Below are positions 18,770 to 30,164 of a DNA stretch of 64,000 nt, piece after piece (position 1 is the first letter of the stretch; each line of letters begins with the position of its first letter). The position numbers and the translations under genes were made by a program. The notes beneath the pieces were generated by a model. It did not search any database. It was not told the DNA's origin and saw only the letters and a list, made by a program, of their open reading frames with translations. Source of the DNA: Patescibacteria group bacterium (lineage in GTDB: Bacteria > Patescibacteriota > Patescibacteriia > UBA2591 > JAQWAS01); assembly GCA_028707495.1 (NCBI GenBank), contig JAQWAS010000005.1:1065-65064 (forward strand), written 5' to 3'.

Positions 18770-19384
18770 TTAATTTTTATCTAAAATTATAACTTGAGAT
18801 TCTTCGCCTTCAAAATCTTTACTTTTGGGAGTAAAACTAATTTCTTTGTGTGAACTATAACCAGATTCTTTTAAAAATTTATCAATCGACTCAAACTTAG
18901 ATTTTTTATCGTCATCTGTTTTATAATAACAGGGGATAATTACAGTCGCATCAATTTGACTAGCTAAATTAGCTGCTCTTTTGGGTTCTAAAACGCTATC
19001 TCCACCAACCGGTAAAATTAAAATATTAACCCCATCAAACTCTTCTAAAATTTCCTCACTTAGCTTTTCATTTAAATTTCCCAAATAAACTAAATTTAAA
19101 TCTTCCATTTCTATACGATAAATCATTTGATAATTTTTATCATTATAAACCGGCAAACCATAAATAAAAATACCAGCCTTTTCATATTCTCCCGGCTGAT
19201 CAATAAAGAGAATCTCTTGATCGTTAAAAGATTTTTTAAACTCATCTACCTTAACCAAAGTAGACAAAACAATATTGTCTTTTAAACTGGCTGACCGAAA
19301 ACTTCTTTCAGTTGGATTAATATAAATAGAGGCTCTTTTACCTTTGATAATAAAACATCCTCCACCATACCACTGTATATTCAT
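18770..19384 (-). CDS. Metallo-beta-lactamase-fold hydrolase
   Basis: 204 aa, MNIQWYGGGCFIIKGK... and DxH-type pattern typical of small MBL-fold proteins. Confidence 0.45.
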   Translation of the reverse strand: MNIQWYGGGCFIIKGKRASIYINPTERSFRSASLKDNIVLSTLVKVDEFKKSFNDQEILFIDQPGEYEKAGIFIYGLPVYNDKNYQMIYRIEMEDLNLVYLGNLNEKLSEEILEEFDGVNILILPVGGDSVLEPKRAANLASQIDATVIIPCYYKTDDDKKSKFESIDKFLKESGYSSHKEISFTPKSKDFEGEESQVIILDKN

Positions 19385-19520
19385 AGATTTTAAATTTATT
19401 TAACTAAAATTAATAATTCACCCTAAGGGCTTGATTTATATATCTATTTATGATATCATACAGAAAACTATTAGTAAAGGTAAAAATATATTTAATTATT
19501 AATTTTTAATTAGTTAACTT

Positions 19521-20765
19521 ATGACAATTCAAGATCAGACAACTCAAGATCAAACAACCGAGCAAAACCAATCTTCCATGGAAGAGCTGCTCAAGCAAAA
19601 CAAAAATAGCTTTCAACTTTACAAGAAAGGAGATGTTGTTGAGGGTAAGATTATTGATATTTCGCCTAATGCTGTTTATGTCGATTTGGATGGTCGTGCC
19701 ACCGGAATTATTCGCGGTCGTGAATTAATTGACGAAGGCAATGTTTATAAAAATTTAGAACCCGGCGTTATTATTAAAGCCACGATTGTTGATTTAGAAA
19801 ACGAAAATGGTGAAGTTGAATTATCTATCCGCGAAACTAGTCATCAAAAAACTTGGCAAGAATTAGAAAAGCTCCGCCAAGAAGACAACACCGTTGAAGT
19901 TAAAATTCTTGATGCCAACAAGGGCGGTTTAATTATTTCTTTAAATCATATTCAAGGCTTTTTACCAACCTCGCAATTATCAGCTGAAAATTATCCTCGC
20001 GTTGATGGTGGCAATAAAGATAAAATTTTAGAAAAACTCAAGTCAATGGTTGGCCAAAAAATTAAAACTAAAATTATTGGCTTAGACGAAGTTGAAAATA
20101 AATTGATCGTTTCTGAAAAAGCCACCACCAAACAAAAACTACAAGAAAAAATGGCCAATTATAAAATTGGCGATATTGTTGAGGGTAAAATTAGCGGTAT
20201 CGTTGATTTTGGTGTTTTTGTTAAATTTGAAGATAATTTGGAAGGTTTAGTTCATTTATCAGAACTAGCCTGGCAACGCATTGGCCACCCGAAAGATTTA
20301 TTTAAAGTTGGCGATAAAGTTAAAGCCGAAATTATTAGTATTGATGATGCTAAAATTTCACTTTCCATTAAAAATCTAATCGAGGATCCATGGAAAAAAG
20401 TAGCTGAAAAATATAAAATCGGCAATAAAGTAAAAGGCAAAGTCTTAAAATTAGAACCCTTTGGTTTATTTGTCGAACTTGATCCAGACATCCACGGTTT
20501 ATGCCATATTTCTGAAACAAACAATCAATCAACTCATGAAATGAAAAATGACATTCAACTTGGCGATGAATTAGATTTTGAAATTGTCTCTCTAGAACCT
20601 CAAGAACATCGTTTAGGCTTAAGTTTAAAACAAAAAAGTGGTAAAATAAAAGCTGGGGATAAAAAAGCAAAAAATCCATCAACTGAAACAACTGACGAAG
20701 AATCACCAAGAGAAGAAGAGAGTGGTGAAGAAAATTTAGAATCAAACGAAGAGACTAAAAAATAA
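19521..20765 (+). CDS. rpsA: S1 RNA-binding-domain protein (ribosomal protein S1-like, four S1 repeats, acidic tail)
   Basis: Repeated GxV.G.V..I...G.FV.L motif (GDVVEGKIIDISPNAVYVDL, GDIVEGKISGIVDFGVFVKF, etc.). Confidence 0.7.
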   Translation: MTIQDQTTQDQTTEQNQSSMEELLKQNKNSFQLYKKGDVVEGKIIDISPNAVYVDLDGRATGIIRGRELIDEGNVYKNLEPGVIIKATIVDLENENGEVELSIRETSHQKTWQELEKLRQEDNTVEVKILDANKGGLIISLNHIQGFLPTSQLSAENYPRVDGGNKDKILEKLKSMVGQKIKTKIIGLDEVENKLIVSEKATTKQKLQEKMANYKIGDIVEGKISGIVDFGVFVKFEDNLEGLVHLSELAWQRIGHPKDLFKVGDKVKAEIISIDDAKISLSIKNLIEDPWKKVAEKYKIGNKVKGKVLKLEPFGLFVELDPDIHGLCHISETNNQSTHEMKNDIQLGDELDFEIVSLEPQEHRLGLSLKQKSGKIKAGDKKAKNPSTETTDEESPREEESGEENLESNEETKK

Positions 20766-20789
20766 TTGCCCTTAAATTTTTAATACGGC

Positions 20790-22634
20790 ATGGCCAAAAC
20801 AAAAAAAAATAACAGAAAACCCAATTCTGCGATTATAAAACAAATAATTATTTTTGTAATAGTTTTTTTGGTTTTAGCTGTTATTTTTAGTTTAGCTAAT
20901 TTAAATCAAACCACCAACGACCAAATTAGTCTTTCTGATTTTATCCAATTAGTTGAACAAGACCAAATTAATAAAATCGACATTCAAGAAAATGTTTTAA
21001 CCTTAACCCTCCAAGATGAAAGTCAGAGAATTTTATATAAAGAAACCGATGAATCTTTGGGTGATGTTTTTAAAAATTATCAGGTTGCTCCAGAAAAAAT
21101 TAGAAGTATTCAAATTGAAGTCAAAGAAAAAACTGGTTTAGAGTTTTGGCTCGTTGCTTTATTACCATTTTTATTACCTTTAATTTTAATTTTTGCGATT
21201 CTATATTTTATGTCACGCCAAGTTCGCAAAAACAATGTTCAAGCAATGATGTTTGGTAAAAGCAAAACTGAACGTTTTGAATTCAAGGGTCAAAAAATAA
21301 CCTTTGAAGATGTCGCTGGTATTAAAGAGGCTAAAGAAGAATTAGAAGAAATTGTATCTTTTCTTAAAACACCTAAAAAATTTACTGATTTAGGCGCCCG
21401 TATTCCCAAGGGCGTTCTTTTGCTTGGTCATCCTGGTTGTGGAAAAACTTTATTGGCTCGAGCTGTGGCTGGTGAAGCTGGTGTGCCATTTTTTAATATC
21501 TCTGGTTCCGAATTTGTAGAAATGTTTGTTGGTGTTGGTGCTTCTCGGGTTCGAGATTTATTTAACAAGGCTAAAAAAAATGCCCCGGCAATTGTTTTTG
21601 TCGATGAGTTAGATGCTGTTGGTCGCCATCGCGGGGCTGGACTGGGTGGCTCACATGATGAGCGCGAACAAACCTTAAATCAAATTCTTGTTGAAATGGA
21701 TGGCTTTGAAAAAGACACGAATGTTATTGTGATGGCAGCGACTAACCGACCAGACGTTTTAGATCCGGCACTTTTAAGGCCAGGTCGTTTTGATCGCCGT
21801 GTAGTTTTAAATTTACCCGACATTAAAGACCGTATTGATATTTTAGCCATTCATGCTAAAAACAAACCCCTAGCCGAAGAGGTTGATTTAAAAGAAGTTG
21901 CCGAGCGTACTCCAGGTTTTTCTGGAGCTGATTTGGCTAATTTATTAAATGAAGCGGCTATTTTAACCGCTAAAGCTGGTCGCAAAAAAATTCTCAAACA
22001 AGATATTTTTGATAGTATTGAAAAAGTTATGTTAGGTCCAGAACGCAAAAGTCACATTTTATTACCCGAAGAAAAAAAGATTACAGCTTATCACGAGGCC
22101 GGTCACGCTTTAGTTTCCCATCTTTTACCTCATGCTGATCCGGTCCAAAAAGTTTCAATTGTTTCCCGTGGCATGGCCGCTGGCTATACTTTAACTATGC
22201 CAGAAACAGATAAATCATTAAAAACTCGTTCTGAATTTGTTGAAGAATTGTCAGTTTTATTAGCTGGTTATGCGACTGAAAAAGAAATTTTACACGAACT
22301 CACCACTGGCGCCACCAATGATTTAAGTCGGGCAACTCAACTTGCTCGCAATTTAGTTACCCAATACGGCATGAGTGAAAATCTCGGACCACAAACTTTT
22401 GGTAAAAAAGAAGAAATGATTTTCTTGGGTAAAGAAATTCACGAACAACGCGATTACAGTGAAAAAATCGCTGAAAAAATTGATCAAGAAGTTAGTCAGT
22501 TAATTCAGACTTCATATCAAACTGCCAAAGATTTAATTTTAAAAAATAAAAATATTTTAGAAGCTATCGTTAAACAACTTTTAATTAAAGAAACTTTAGA
22601 AAAAAAAGAATTCGCTCAATTCTTTCTTTCTTAA
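20790..22634 (+). CDS. ftsH: ATP-dependent zinc metalloprotease FtsH
   Basis: N-terminal TM, Walker A GHPGCGKT, Walker B VFVDELD, SRH region, zinc-binding HEAGHAL. Confidence 0.9.
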   Translation: MAKTKKNNRKPNSAIIKQIIIFVIVFLVLAVIFSLANLNQTTNDQISLSDFIQLVEQDQINKIDIQENVLTLTLQDESQRILYKETDESLGDVFKNYQVAPEKIRSIQIEVKEKTGLEFWLVALLPFLLPLILIFAILYFMSRQVRKNNVQAMMFGKSKTERFEFKGQKITFEDVAGIKEAKEELEEIVSFLKTPKKFTDLGARIPKGVLLLGHPGCGKTLLARAVAGEAGVPFFNISGSEFVEMFVGVGASRVRDLFNKAKKNAPAIVFVDELDAVGRHRGAGLGGSHDEREQTLNQILVEMDGFEKDTNVIVMAATNRPDVLDPALLRPGRFDRRVVLNLPDIKDRIDILAIHAKNKPLAEEVDLKEVAERTPGFSGADLANLLNEAAILTAKAGRKKILKQDIFDSIEKVMLGPERKSHILLPEEKKITAYHEAGHALVSHLLPHADPVQKVSIVSRGMAAGYTLTMPETDKSLKTRSEFVEELSVLLAGYATEKEILHELTTGATNDLSRATQLARNLVTQYGMSENLGPQTFGKKEEMIFLGKEIHEQRDYSEKIAEKIDQEVSQLIQTSYQTAKDLILKNKNILEAIVKQLLIKETLEKKEFAQFFLS

Positions 22635-22652
22635 AAAAATAAATAAAAAATT

Positions 22653-23606
22653 ATGTCTATTTATCGCCCCATTTTCAAACAGTCTTGGCAAATTATCAAA
22701 AAATATAAATTTTTATGGTGGTTTGGTATATTGATTACTCTACTTTCATCCACCGCCAATGAATTAACTATTATTATAAATAATTTGGGCAATTTGATTA
22801 ATGGTAATTTGCCAATGATGTTTTATAATTTATATCATTTACGTTTTTTAAATATGCCCGGTAGCTTTTTAGCTTTATTGTGGCAAATGCCAACTATAAA
22901 TTTAATTTTTTATTTAGGAGGTTTGGGATTAATTACGGTTTTTTTAATTTGGCTAGGCATAATTGCTCGCGCAGCTGTAATTAATTTTGTTTTAAATCAA
23001 CCCAACCAAACTAATTTTAAAAATCAGTTTCAGCAAGGCAAACAAAATTTCTGGCCATTATTTAAATTCACCCTAAGCGCTCGTTTAATTGCTTATGGTT
23101 TTTTATTAATTATTTTATCGCCCTTAATTTTGTTTAAAAATATACATAATTTTTGGATTTATTTAAGTTTTGCTATTTTTATTTTGGTAAGTATTTTTTT
23201 AATGTTTATTTTACGTTATGGCTCTATTTATGTAATTAAAAAACATTCTAATGTTTTAGAAAACTTAAAAAATAGTTTTAAATTGTTTAAAAATAATTTT
23301 GTAATTAGTTTAGAAATGATAATTCTAATTGCTTTAATTACTTTATTGATGGGTATTATAAGTATTGTTATTACTATTATTGCTTTAATTCCTTTAATTT
23401 TAATTTTTTATATTTTTACTAGCTTAAATTTAGTTTGGGGAATTAATGTTATTTTAACGCTGATAATAGTTTCCGTTATTTTTCTCTTTTTATTATCCAG
23501 CGCCATTATTCAACTCTATCAACAAACTGCTTGGGTTTTATTATTTGAAAAATTAGTTAGTCAAAGTATTAATAGTAAAATTAAACGCCTAATATCACGT
23601 TCTTAA
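22653..23606 (+). CDS. Polytopic membrane protein, unknown function
   Basis: 317 aa, multiple hydrophobic helices. Confidence 0.35.
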   Translation: MSIYRPIFKQSWQIIKKYKFLWWFGILITLLSSTANELTIIINNLGNLINGNLPMMFYNLYHLRFLNMPGSFLALLWQMPTINLIFYLGGLGLITVFLIWLGIIARAAVINFVLNQPNQTNFKNQFQQGKQNFWPLFKFTLSARLIAYGFLLIILSPLILFKNIHNFWIYLSFAIFILVSIFLMFILRYGSIYVIKKHSNVLENLKNSFKLFKNNFVISLEMIILIALITLLMGIISIVITIIALIPLILIFYIFTSLNLVWGINVILTLIIVSVIFLFLLSSAIIQLYQQTAWVLLFEKLVSQSINSKIKRLISRS

Positions 23607-23879
23607 AAAATTAATTTAATTTTGTTGGTTAATAAGGTGTTTATAATTTGTTATTTTAAAATAGAATAAGTTGAGGATTAAAAATCTTATTTTGGCAAAT
23701 TTTATAAAAACCCAACTTTATCCACTTTTTATATTAATTTTATTAGACCTGATTTCCCAAACTTATACACACCCAATTTGTTTTTAAATCTAGTCTGATT
23801 TAATTTATTAACACAATTCACACCCTTATTACTATTATTATTTATTATATATATTTATCAATTAATACTAATACATTCT

Positions 23880-24995
23880 ATGAAACTCACTTGTTTACAA
23901 AAAAATTTATTAAAAGGTTTAAATACAGTCAATCATATTAATCCTGGTTCTGTAAGTTTACCAATCTTAAATAACGTTTTATTAAAAGCTGAAGATGGAG
24001 TTTTACATTTAGCAACTACCGATTTGGAAACAGGAATTAAAACTAATGTTCGAGGTAAAATTGAAAAAGAAGGTCAAATTACCGTGCCGATTCAACTTTT
24101 AACAAATTATATTTCACTATTACCAAACGAACAAATTCAAATTGAATTAGATAAGGATATATTAAAATTAAAATGTGGAAATAATCAAACTAAAATTAAA
24201 GGAATCGATTCTAGTGATTTTCCTTTAATTCCACAAATAGAAAAAGAAAATTGTTTTATTTGTTCAACTCAAGAATTTAAAGAAGCAATTCAAAGAGTAG
24301 CTTTTACAATTAATCCCAGTGAAGTGAGATCAGAAATTAGTGGTGCTTTGTTTAATTTTAATAATCCCGAAGAAAAAAAATTAACCTTAGTTGGCACTGA
24401 TTCTTATCGCTTAGCAGAAAAAACAATTAAATTAGAAAATGATTCTAGTTCACAAGCACAACAAGTGATTGTGCCTTACAAGGTTTTACAAGAAATGATA
24501 AAAATTGTAGATTTGGAAGAAGATAAAATAAATATTTACGTAACTGAAAATCAAATTTTATTTACTCAAGAAAACACAGAAGTAATTTGTCGAGTTGTAT
24601 CTGGTCAATATCCAGATTATAAAACTATTATTCCAACAGAATTTAAAACTCAGGTTTTGGTAGATAATAATAACTTAACTAAAGCCATCAAAACTGCCGC
24701 TTTATTTTCTCGTTCAGGAATTAATGATATTAATTTAAAATTAGACAATACTAAAAATAAAATCATTGTTTCTTCAATTAATAGTCAGGTGGGTGAAAAT
24801 ATAACCGAAGTCGAGGCTGATATTAAGGGTGAGGCTAATAATATCGTTTTTAATTTTCAATATCTTTTAAACGGTTTATCAAATTTAAATAGTAACGAAA
24901 TTAGTTTGCAAGTTGTTGATGAAAATAACCCTGGTTTGTTTAAGGTGGCCGACAAAAACGATTATTTGTATATTATTATGCCGATTAGACAATAG
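23880..24995 (+). CDS. dnaN: DNA polymerase III beta sliding clamp
   Basis: 371 aa. MKLTCLQKNLLKGLNTVNHI start, three-domain clamp pattern, C-terminal ...YLYIIMPIRQ. Confidence 0.8.
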   Translation: MKLTCLQKNLLKGLNTVNHINPGSVSLPILNNVLLKAEDGVLHLATTDLETGIKTNVRGKIEKEGQITVPIQLLTNYISLLPNEQIQIELDKDILKLKCGNNQTKIKGIDSSDFPLIPQIEKENCFICSTQEFKEAIQRVAFTINPSEVRSEISGALFNFNNPEEKKLTLVGTDSYRLAEKTIKLENDSSSQAQQVIVPYKVLQEMIKIVDLEEDKINIYVTENQILFTQENTEVICRVVSGQYPDYKTIIPTEFKTQVLVDNNNLTKAIKTAALFSRSGINDINLKLDNTKNKIIVSSINSQVGENITEVEADIKGEANNIVFNFQYLLNGLSNLNSNEISLQVVDENNPGLFKVADKNDYLYIIMPIRQ

Positions 24996-25047
24996 AATAG
25001 GTTGTAATAAATAAATAATAAATATTCAATCAGATAATTAAAATTCG

Positions 25048-25084
25048 AAAGCCCGAGTTACGCTAACTCGGGCTTTGTTTTTGT
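25048..25084. terminator. Bidirectional intrinsic terminator (dnaN / convergent small ORF)
   Basis: aaagcccgagtt-acgct-aactcgggcttt hairpin with a T-tract. Confidence 0.6.
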
Positions 25085-25124
25085 GTTAAAGATTTGCCGG
25101 GTTTTTAAAACACACGGTGTTTAT

Positions 25125-25307
25125 CTATTGAAAATAGATACGCCCGGTGCCTAGGTGAAAGAGGATTGTTTGACCATCTTTTTTAAGAGACAAAACTCTT
25201 TCGTTTTTTCCCATGCCGTCATTCCATGGACCTTGGTTTTCCCAACCTGTCGCCCCTAATTTTTCCAGGGTGGTTCTGTCACCATCTTTAAGATTTTCGG
25301 GACACAT
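25125..25307 (-). CDS. Small hypothetical protein (60 aa)
   Basis: Strong SD aaggagga 6-8 nt upstream of the ATG. No recognisable family. Confidence 0.35.
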   Translation of the reverse strand: MCPENLKDGDRTTLEKLGATGWENQGPWNDGMGKNERVLSLKKDGQTILFHLGTGRIYFQ

Positions 25308-25608
25308 TTTTCCTCCTTATTTTTTGTTTTTAAAAAAGTACAACGTTGCTATTTTAGGGGATATGAAAATAAAAGTCAAGTTTAAAAGTAAATAACAATT
25401 TATAATTAATAAATTATTTAATTCATTAAAAAATTAATTATTTAATTAACTAAACTGTGGATGAAGGGTGGATGAATTGGGTTTGATTGAAAAGAGTGAG
25501 GGAGGTATAATGGAGGAATAAAGAAATTGGTGTTTGATATCATGTTTTATATTTTTTTAAAATTAGTTACAAGATAAAAACACAATAACATTACTAAAAA
25601 AAGATACT

Positions 25609-27066
25609 ATGTTTGAACAATCATTTAAAAATATCGATAATATACTTCACACCGATTCTGGCTGTGGAACCGAGCTTGATTATGTGGAGCAAACTTCATG
25701 GATTTTGTTTTTGAAATATCTTGATGATTTGGAAGAAGACAAGAAAAAGTCAGCCACTTTGTCTGGCAAAAGTTATGAATATATTTTATCCCCGGAATAT
25801 CGCTGGAACAATTGGGCTTGTCCTAAAAATGTAGGTGGAAAGTTAGACCATAACAAAGCGCTAGATGGCGATGATCTGAAAGAATTTGTAAATAACAAAC
25901 TTTTCCCATATCTCAAAAAATTTAAAGCGGAAGACCCGAATACGATTGAATACAAAATCGGCGAAATCTTTTCTGAACTAAAAAATAAAATCCAGAGCGG
26001 TTACAAGCTACGAGAAATTTTGAATGTTGTGGACAGCATGCATTTTCGGCTTTATGAAGAAAAGCATGAACTTTCTCATCTCTATGAAGCGAAAATTAAA
26101 AATATGGGCAACGCCGGCCGAAATGGCGGTGAATATTATACGCCTCGTCCGTTGATTGCCACTATCGTGAAAGTAGTAGTACCAAAAATTGGCGATACGA
26201 TTTATGACGGTGCTTGCGGAAGCGCGGGTTTTTTGGTGGAGGCTTATAAGTATCTTACAGAAAATCAATCAAAATTGTCTTCCGGTCAAATGGCGACTTT
26301 GCAGAATAAAACTTTTTACGGCAAAGAAATCAAATCTCTTGCCTACATCATCGGCATTATGAATATGATCTTGCATGGCATTGAAGCGCCGAATATTCGC
26401 CACACGAATACTCTAGCAGAAAACATTAATGATATTCAGGAGAAAGATCGTTTTGACATTATTCTCGCCAATCCTCCTTTTGGTGCAAAAATAGGAACTG
26501 AACTTCAACAGAATTTTCCAATTAAATCCAGCTCATCTGATAATTTATTTTTACAACATTTTATCAAGATTTTGAAAGCTGGCGGAAGAGCTGGCATTGT
26601 TATTAAAAATACTTTTCTTTCCAATACTGACAACGCAAGTGTTTCGCTTCGCAAACTCCTATTAGAAAATTGCAATCTGCATACGGTTTTGGATTTGCCG
26701 GGTGGCGCTTTTCAGGGTGCAGGCGTAAAAACTGTGGTTTTGTTTTTTGAAAAGGGCAAGCCAACAAAAAGGGTTTGGTTTTATCAGCTTAATCTGGCGC
26801 GTAATCTGGGCAAGGGTCAACCTTTGAGTGAAGCAGATTTGGCAGAGTTTGTGGAATTGCAAAAAAACAAGGCGGACAGCGCGAATTCATGGTCAATAGA
26901 TGTGAAAAATGTTGATCAAGGCACTTTTGATTTATCGGTAAAAAATCCGAATAAAAATGACGAGGTGATTTTAAGAGAGCCAAAAGAGATTTTGGAGGAG
27001 ATGAAGAAATTGGATGAAGAGAGCGGAGAAATATTTAAAAATATCAAACACATAATTCATGACTAA
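25609..27066 (+). CDS. hsdM: Type I restriction-modification methyltransferase subunit HsdM
   Basis: HsdM N-terminal domain, motif I GDTIYDGACGSAGFL, motif IV ILANPPFG. Confidence 0.85.
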   Translation: MFEQSFKNIDNILHTDSGCGTELDYVEQTSWILFLKYLDDLEEDKKKSATLSGKSYEYILSPEYRWNNWACPKNVGGKLDHNKALDGDDLKEFVNNKLFPYLKKFKAEDPNTIEYKIGEIFSELKNKIQSGYKLREILNVVDSMHFRLYEEKHELSHLYEAKIKNMGNAGRNGGEYYTPRPLIATIVKVVVPKIGDTIYDGACGSAGFLVEAYKYLTENQSKLSSGQMATLQNKTFYGKEIKSLAYIIGIMNMILHGIEAPNIRHTNTLAENINDIQEKDRFDIILANPPFGAKIGTELQQNFPIKSSSSDNLFLQHFIKILKAGGRAGIVIKNTFLSNTDNASVSLRKLLLENCNLHTVLDLPGGAFQGAGVKTVVLFFEKGKPTKRVWFYQLNLARNLGKGQPLSEADLAEFVELQKNKADSANSWSIDVKNVDQGTFDLSVKNPNKNDEVILREPKEILEEMKKLDEESGEIFKNIKHIIHD

Positions 27067-28564
27067 TACTGCTATTAAAATTTATTTTTCGGACTATTTT
27101 GAAATAGACCATAGCAAGATAGAAAGTTATGGCGCTCTTGATATTTCCTTATTATCTGATAATCCCGCTTTCGTTGATCCATTCTTAATTTTTTATAGCA
27201 AAAATAAAGACTATCAAAAACTGCATCAATTTATCGTCAATTATTTAATCTTTTTAAAAAAGCAAAGCGATGATGGAAACTTCTCTCAACTATTCTACGC
27301 CTTTCCAGAAGTAAATGAGGTTTGGCTTGGCTTTTCAAAAAGTGGAAACAGGGGGCTTGGCTTAGGTAAATATTTTGCAAATGAACTAAATGAAAATCTG
27401 GTTAGTATTTTCAAGGGAAGTAAAAACAAAATCACAAAAAGTACGCATATTGAAAAACTTTGCATTATCGGAGAGCGAGTTGGCGCGGATAAAGTAAGCG
27501 ATTTTACATTAAATCTGATAAAACACTATTTAGTAAAGTATACTGAAAAATTTGCCACTGAAAATTTAGATAAAAAATATATTTCAAAATTTAGGGTATC
27601 AAAATTATACTTTGATTTTGAAAAAAATAACTGGGTAGACGGTGAAGCCACTCTTCCAATAAGTCCACATAATAAATCGGATTTTGTTTTGTTAACTCCT
27701 AAAGATATTTTGGTAAAAGAAGAGGGCTGGATATCTGTAAATGATTTTTTGAACAATGACGGGTTGATTATAAACAATATTCCAAATGACGATTTACGTT
27801 ATAAAATCAATCAGTATTTTCTTTCTTTAATTCCAGATAAGCGCAATAAACGAGGCAAACCGGAAAAAGATTTTTCAAAGAAAAACACTAGAACTGCCTT
27901 AAAAGAAACGGCAAAAAAATATCCTGAATTAATCGATTATTTCATAAAGTACAAGGAAGAAAATGGGCAGGGTGCAGTTGAAGCAAGTTTAATTGATAAC
28001 GATTTTTTAAAGCAAGTTTTTTATCTTGGTGTTAAAACGATTACAGAAAAATTAAAAACAGAGGGATTTTACTCGATAGATAAAAAGGATAATTCATTTT
28101 TAGAAACAGTAGATAAAATCAAAAAATTTAAATATGTATTGGAAAAAAGAGATGGTTGCGATGTATTTTGGGACAAAAATAAGTTAAGAAAATTTAAAGA
28201 GCCAGATGTAGACAAAATGATTGATTTAGTTTTCGCATCTTCTGATTTTTCCGTAGACAAGCAGGTTAATAACGGAAGAGGGCCATCTGATATTAAAGTT
28301 TCAAAAGGATCTGCTGATTGTACTATCATAGAAACGAAACTTGCTAAAAACACACAGCTAGAAAAAAATTTACAAAAACAGCTAAACATCTACAAGGAAG
28401 CAAATAATACAGCTAATGGTGTTTATGTGATTTTATATTTTAATGATTCTGAACTTAAAAAAGTGGATAGCATATTGAAAGGATTAAAAATGACTGAATT
28501 TGTTGATGAATGGATATTTTTAATTGATTGCAGAAAGAAAATATCTGCTTCAAAGGCTTCATAA
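27059..28564 (+). CDS. Uncharacterised 501-aa protein embedded between hsdM and hsdS; C-terminal PD-(D/E)xK-like motif
   Basis: Overlaps hsdM stop (ATGA). C-terminal DLVFAS...GPSDIKVSKGSADCTIIETKLAKN fits a D...(D/E)xK nuclease signature. No family recognised. Confidence 0.35.
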   Translation: MTNTAIKIYFSDYFEIDHSKIESYGALDISLLSDNPAFVDPFLIFYSKNKDYQKLHQFIVNYLIFLKKQSDDGNFSQLFYAFPEVNEVWLGFSKSGNRGLGLGKYFANELNENLVSIFKGSKNKITKSTHIEKLCIIGERVGADKVSDFTLNLIKHYLVKYTEKFATENLDKKYISKFRVSKLYFDFEKNNWVDGEATLPISPHNKSDFVLLTPKDILVKEEGWISVNDFLNNDGLIINNIPNDDLRYKINQYFLSLIPDKRNKRGKPEKDFSKKNTRTALKETAKKYPELIDYFIKYKEENGQGAVEASLIDNDFLKQVFYLGVKTITEKLKTEGFYSIDKKDNSFLETVDKIKKFKYVLEKRDGCDVFWDKNKLRKFKEPDVDKMIDLVFASSDFSVDKQVNNGRGPSDIKVSKGSADCTIIETKLAKNTQLEKNLQKQLNIYKEANNTANGVYVILYFNDSELKKVDSILKGLKMTEFVDEWIFLIDCRKKISASKAS

Positions 28565-28569
28565 TTTAT

Positions 28570-29799
28570 ATGAAAATGAGTATTACTAAAAAAACTAACT
28601 GGCAAACAAAAAAACTTAGCGAAATTTGTGATTTTTTTACTGATGGTAATTGGATTGAAAGCAAAGACCAATCGTCTGATGGTATACGACTGATTCAAAC
28701 TGGAAATATCGGTCAGGGTTTTTTTAAAGATCGTGGAGAAAAAGCACGTTATATTTCTGAGAAAACTTTTAAGCGATTAAAATGCACGGAAATTTATAAA
28801 GGAGATATTTTGATTTCACGATTGCCCGACCCTGTCGGAAGGGCTTGCATCTTGCCTGAAATAGGTGAAAAAATGATCACCGCTGTTGACTGCAGTATTT
28901 TAAGATTAAATAAAAACACTTCCCCCAAATTTTTAAATTATTACACCCAATCAAATAGTTATTTAAGTGAAGTTGAGCAAAAGACGACAGGCACCACTCG
29001 AAAAAGAATTAGTAGAAAAAATTTAGGTTTAGTAAAAATTCCTCTCCCGCCCCTCCCCGAACAACACCGCATCGTAAAAATTTTGGATGAGGTTTTTGCG
29101 GATGTGGCGATGGCGGAAGAAAATGCGGAAAAAAATCTTCAAAACGCCAAAGAGCTTTTTGAATCGTATTTGCAGAGTGTTTTTGCGAATCAGGGAGAAA
29201 ATTGGGAAGAAAAAAGGCTTGAGGAACTTGGTAAAATAACATCGAGTAAACGAATATTCAAAAAAGAATATGTAAAAAACGGCGTTCCTTTTTATAGAAT
29301 TAAAGAAATTAAAGAGCTTGCACACAACAAAAATATTACACTTGAGTTATATATTTCCCCAAAAAGATACAAAGAAATAAAAGACGTTTTTGGAGTACCA
29401 CTGGTCGGAGATATCCTAATGACTGCAGTAGGAACGATTGGTGAAATATGCGTAGTAAAAAATGAAGAGGAATTTTATTTTAAAGATGGAAATATACTCT
29501 GGTTCAAAAACTTTAATTCAGTTGATCCCCATTATTTAAAATTTGTTTTGATGTCATTTGTTGAGCAAATAAATAAATTATCTAAAGGTTCAGCATATAA
29601 TGCTTTGACGATTGAAAAAATAGAAAAACACAGAATATTTCTTCCGTTATCAATTACCGAACAAAAATCCATCGTCGCTAAACTAGACGCGCTTTCTGCT
29701 GAAACCAGAAAACTGGAAACGATTTACCAACAGAAATTAGCTGATTTGGAGGAGTTGAAAAAGTCGGTTTTAAAGAGGGCGTTTAGTGGGGAATTGTAG
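28570..29799 (+). CDS. hsdS: Type I R-M specificity subunit HsdS (two target-recognition domains)
   Basis: Duplicated TRD architecture with conserved central and C-terminal helices (LPPLPEQHRIVKILDEVF...; SITEQKSIVAKLDALSAETRKLE). The ORF-track start at 28528 overlaps the upstream gene; the ATG at 28570 is preferred. Confidence 0.75.
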   Translation: MKMSITKKTNWQTKKLSEICDFFTDGNWIESKDQSSDGIRLIQTGNIGQGFFKDRGEKARYISEKTFKRLKCTEIYKGDILISRLPDPVGRACILPEIGEKMITAVDCSILRLNKNTSPKFLNYYTQSNSYLSEVEQKTTGTTRKRISRKNLGLVKIPLPPLPEQHRIVKILDEVFADVAMAEENAEKNLQNAKELFESYLQSVFANQGENWEEKRLEELGKITSSKRIFKKEYVKNGVPFYRIKEIKELAHNKNITLELYISPKRYKEIKDVFGVPLVGDILMTAVGTIGEICVVKNEEEFYFKDGNILWFKNFNSVDPHYLKFVLMSFVEQINKLSKGSAYNALTIEKIEKHRIFLPLSITEQKSIVAKLDALSAETRKLETIYQQKLADLEELKKSVLKRAFSGEL

Positions 29800-29881
29800 T
29801 TTTGTTAATCCTTGTTAACCCTGCTTGACATATAAGTTAACATCTGTTAACCTTATAGTATATTAAGGTTAACAAACATTT

Positions 29882-30160
29882 ATGACAAAAAAAACAAAAA
29901 AAACTTATGTTTCAGTAGCTGAATTAGCTAAAATCATAGGGATAAGCCGAATTGCCGTTTTTAAACGAATCAAAAAAGAACAAATTCCCGCTGAAAAAAT
30001 TGGACATTCTTATGTGATTTCTATGGATTATATTGACGAAATTACCAAAGGAAATCACGCAAGAGCTTTAACAGAAAAAGAAAAAAGAGAAATTCAAGAA
30101 GCTGTCGAAAGGGTTATAAATGAATATAGCAAAACGCTTCAATTGTTAGGTAAAGAATAA
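29882..30160 (+). CDS. Helix-turn-helix DNA-binding protein (excisionase/MerR-like HTH)
   Basis: YVSVAELAKIIGISRIAVFKRIKKEQIPAEKIG is an HTH_17-like motif. Confidence 0.5.
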   Translation: MTKKTKKTYVSVAELAKIIGISRIAVFKRIKKEQIPAEKIGHSYVISMDYIDEITKGNHARALTEKEKREIQEAVERVINEYSKTLQLLGKE

Positions 30161-30164
30161 TCCT

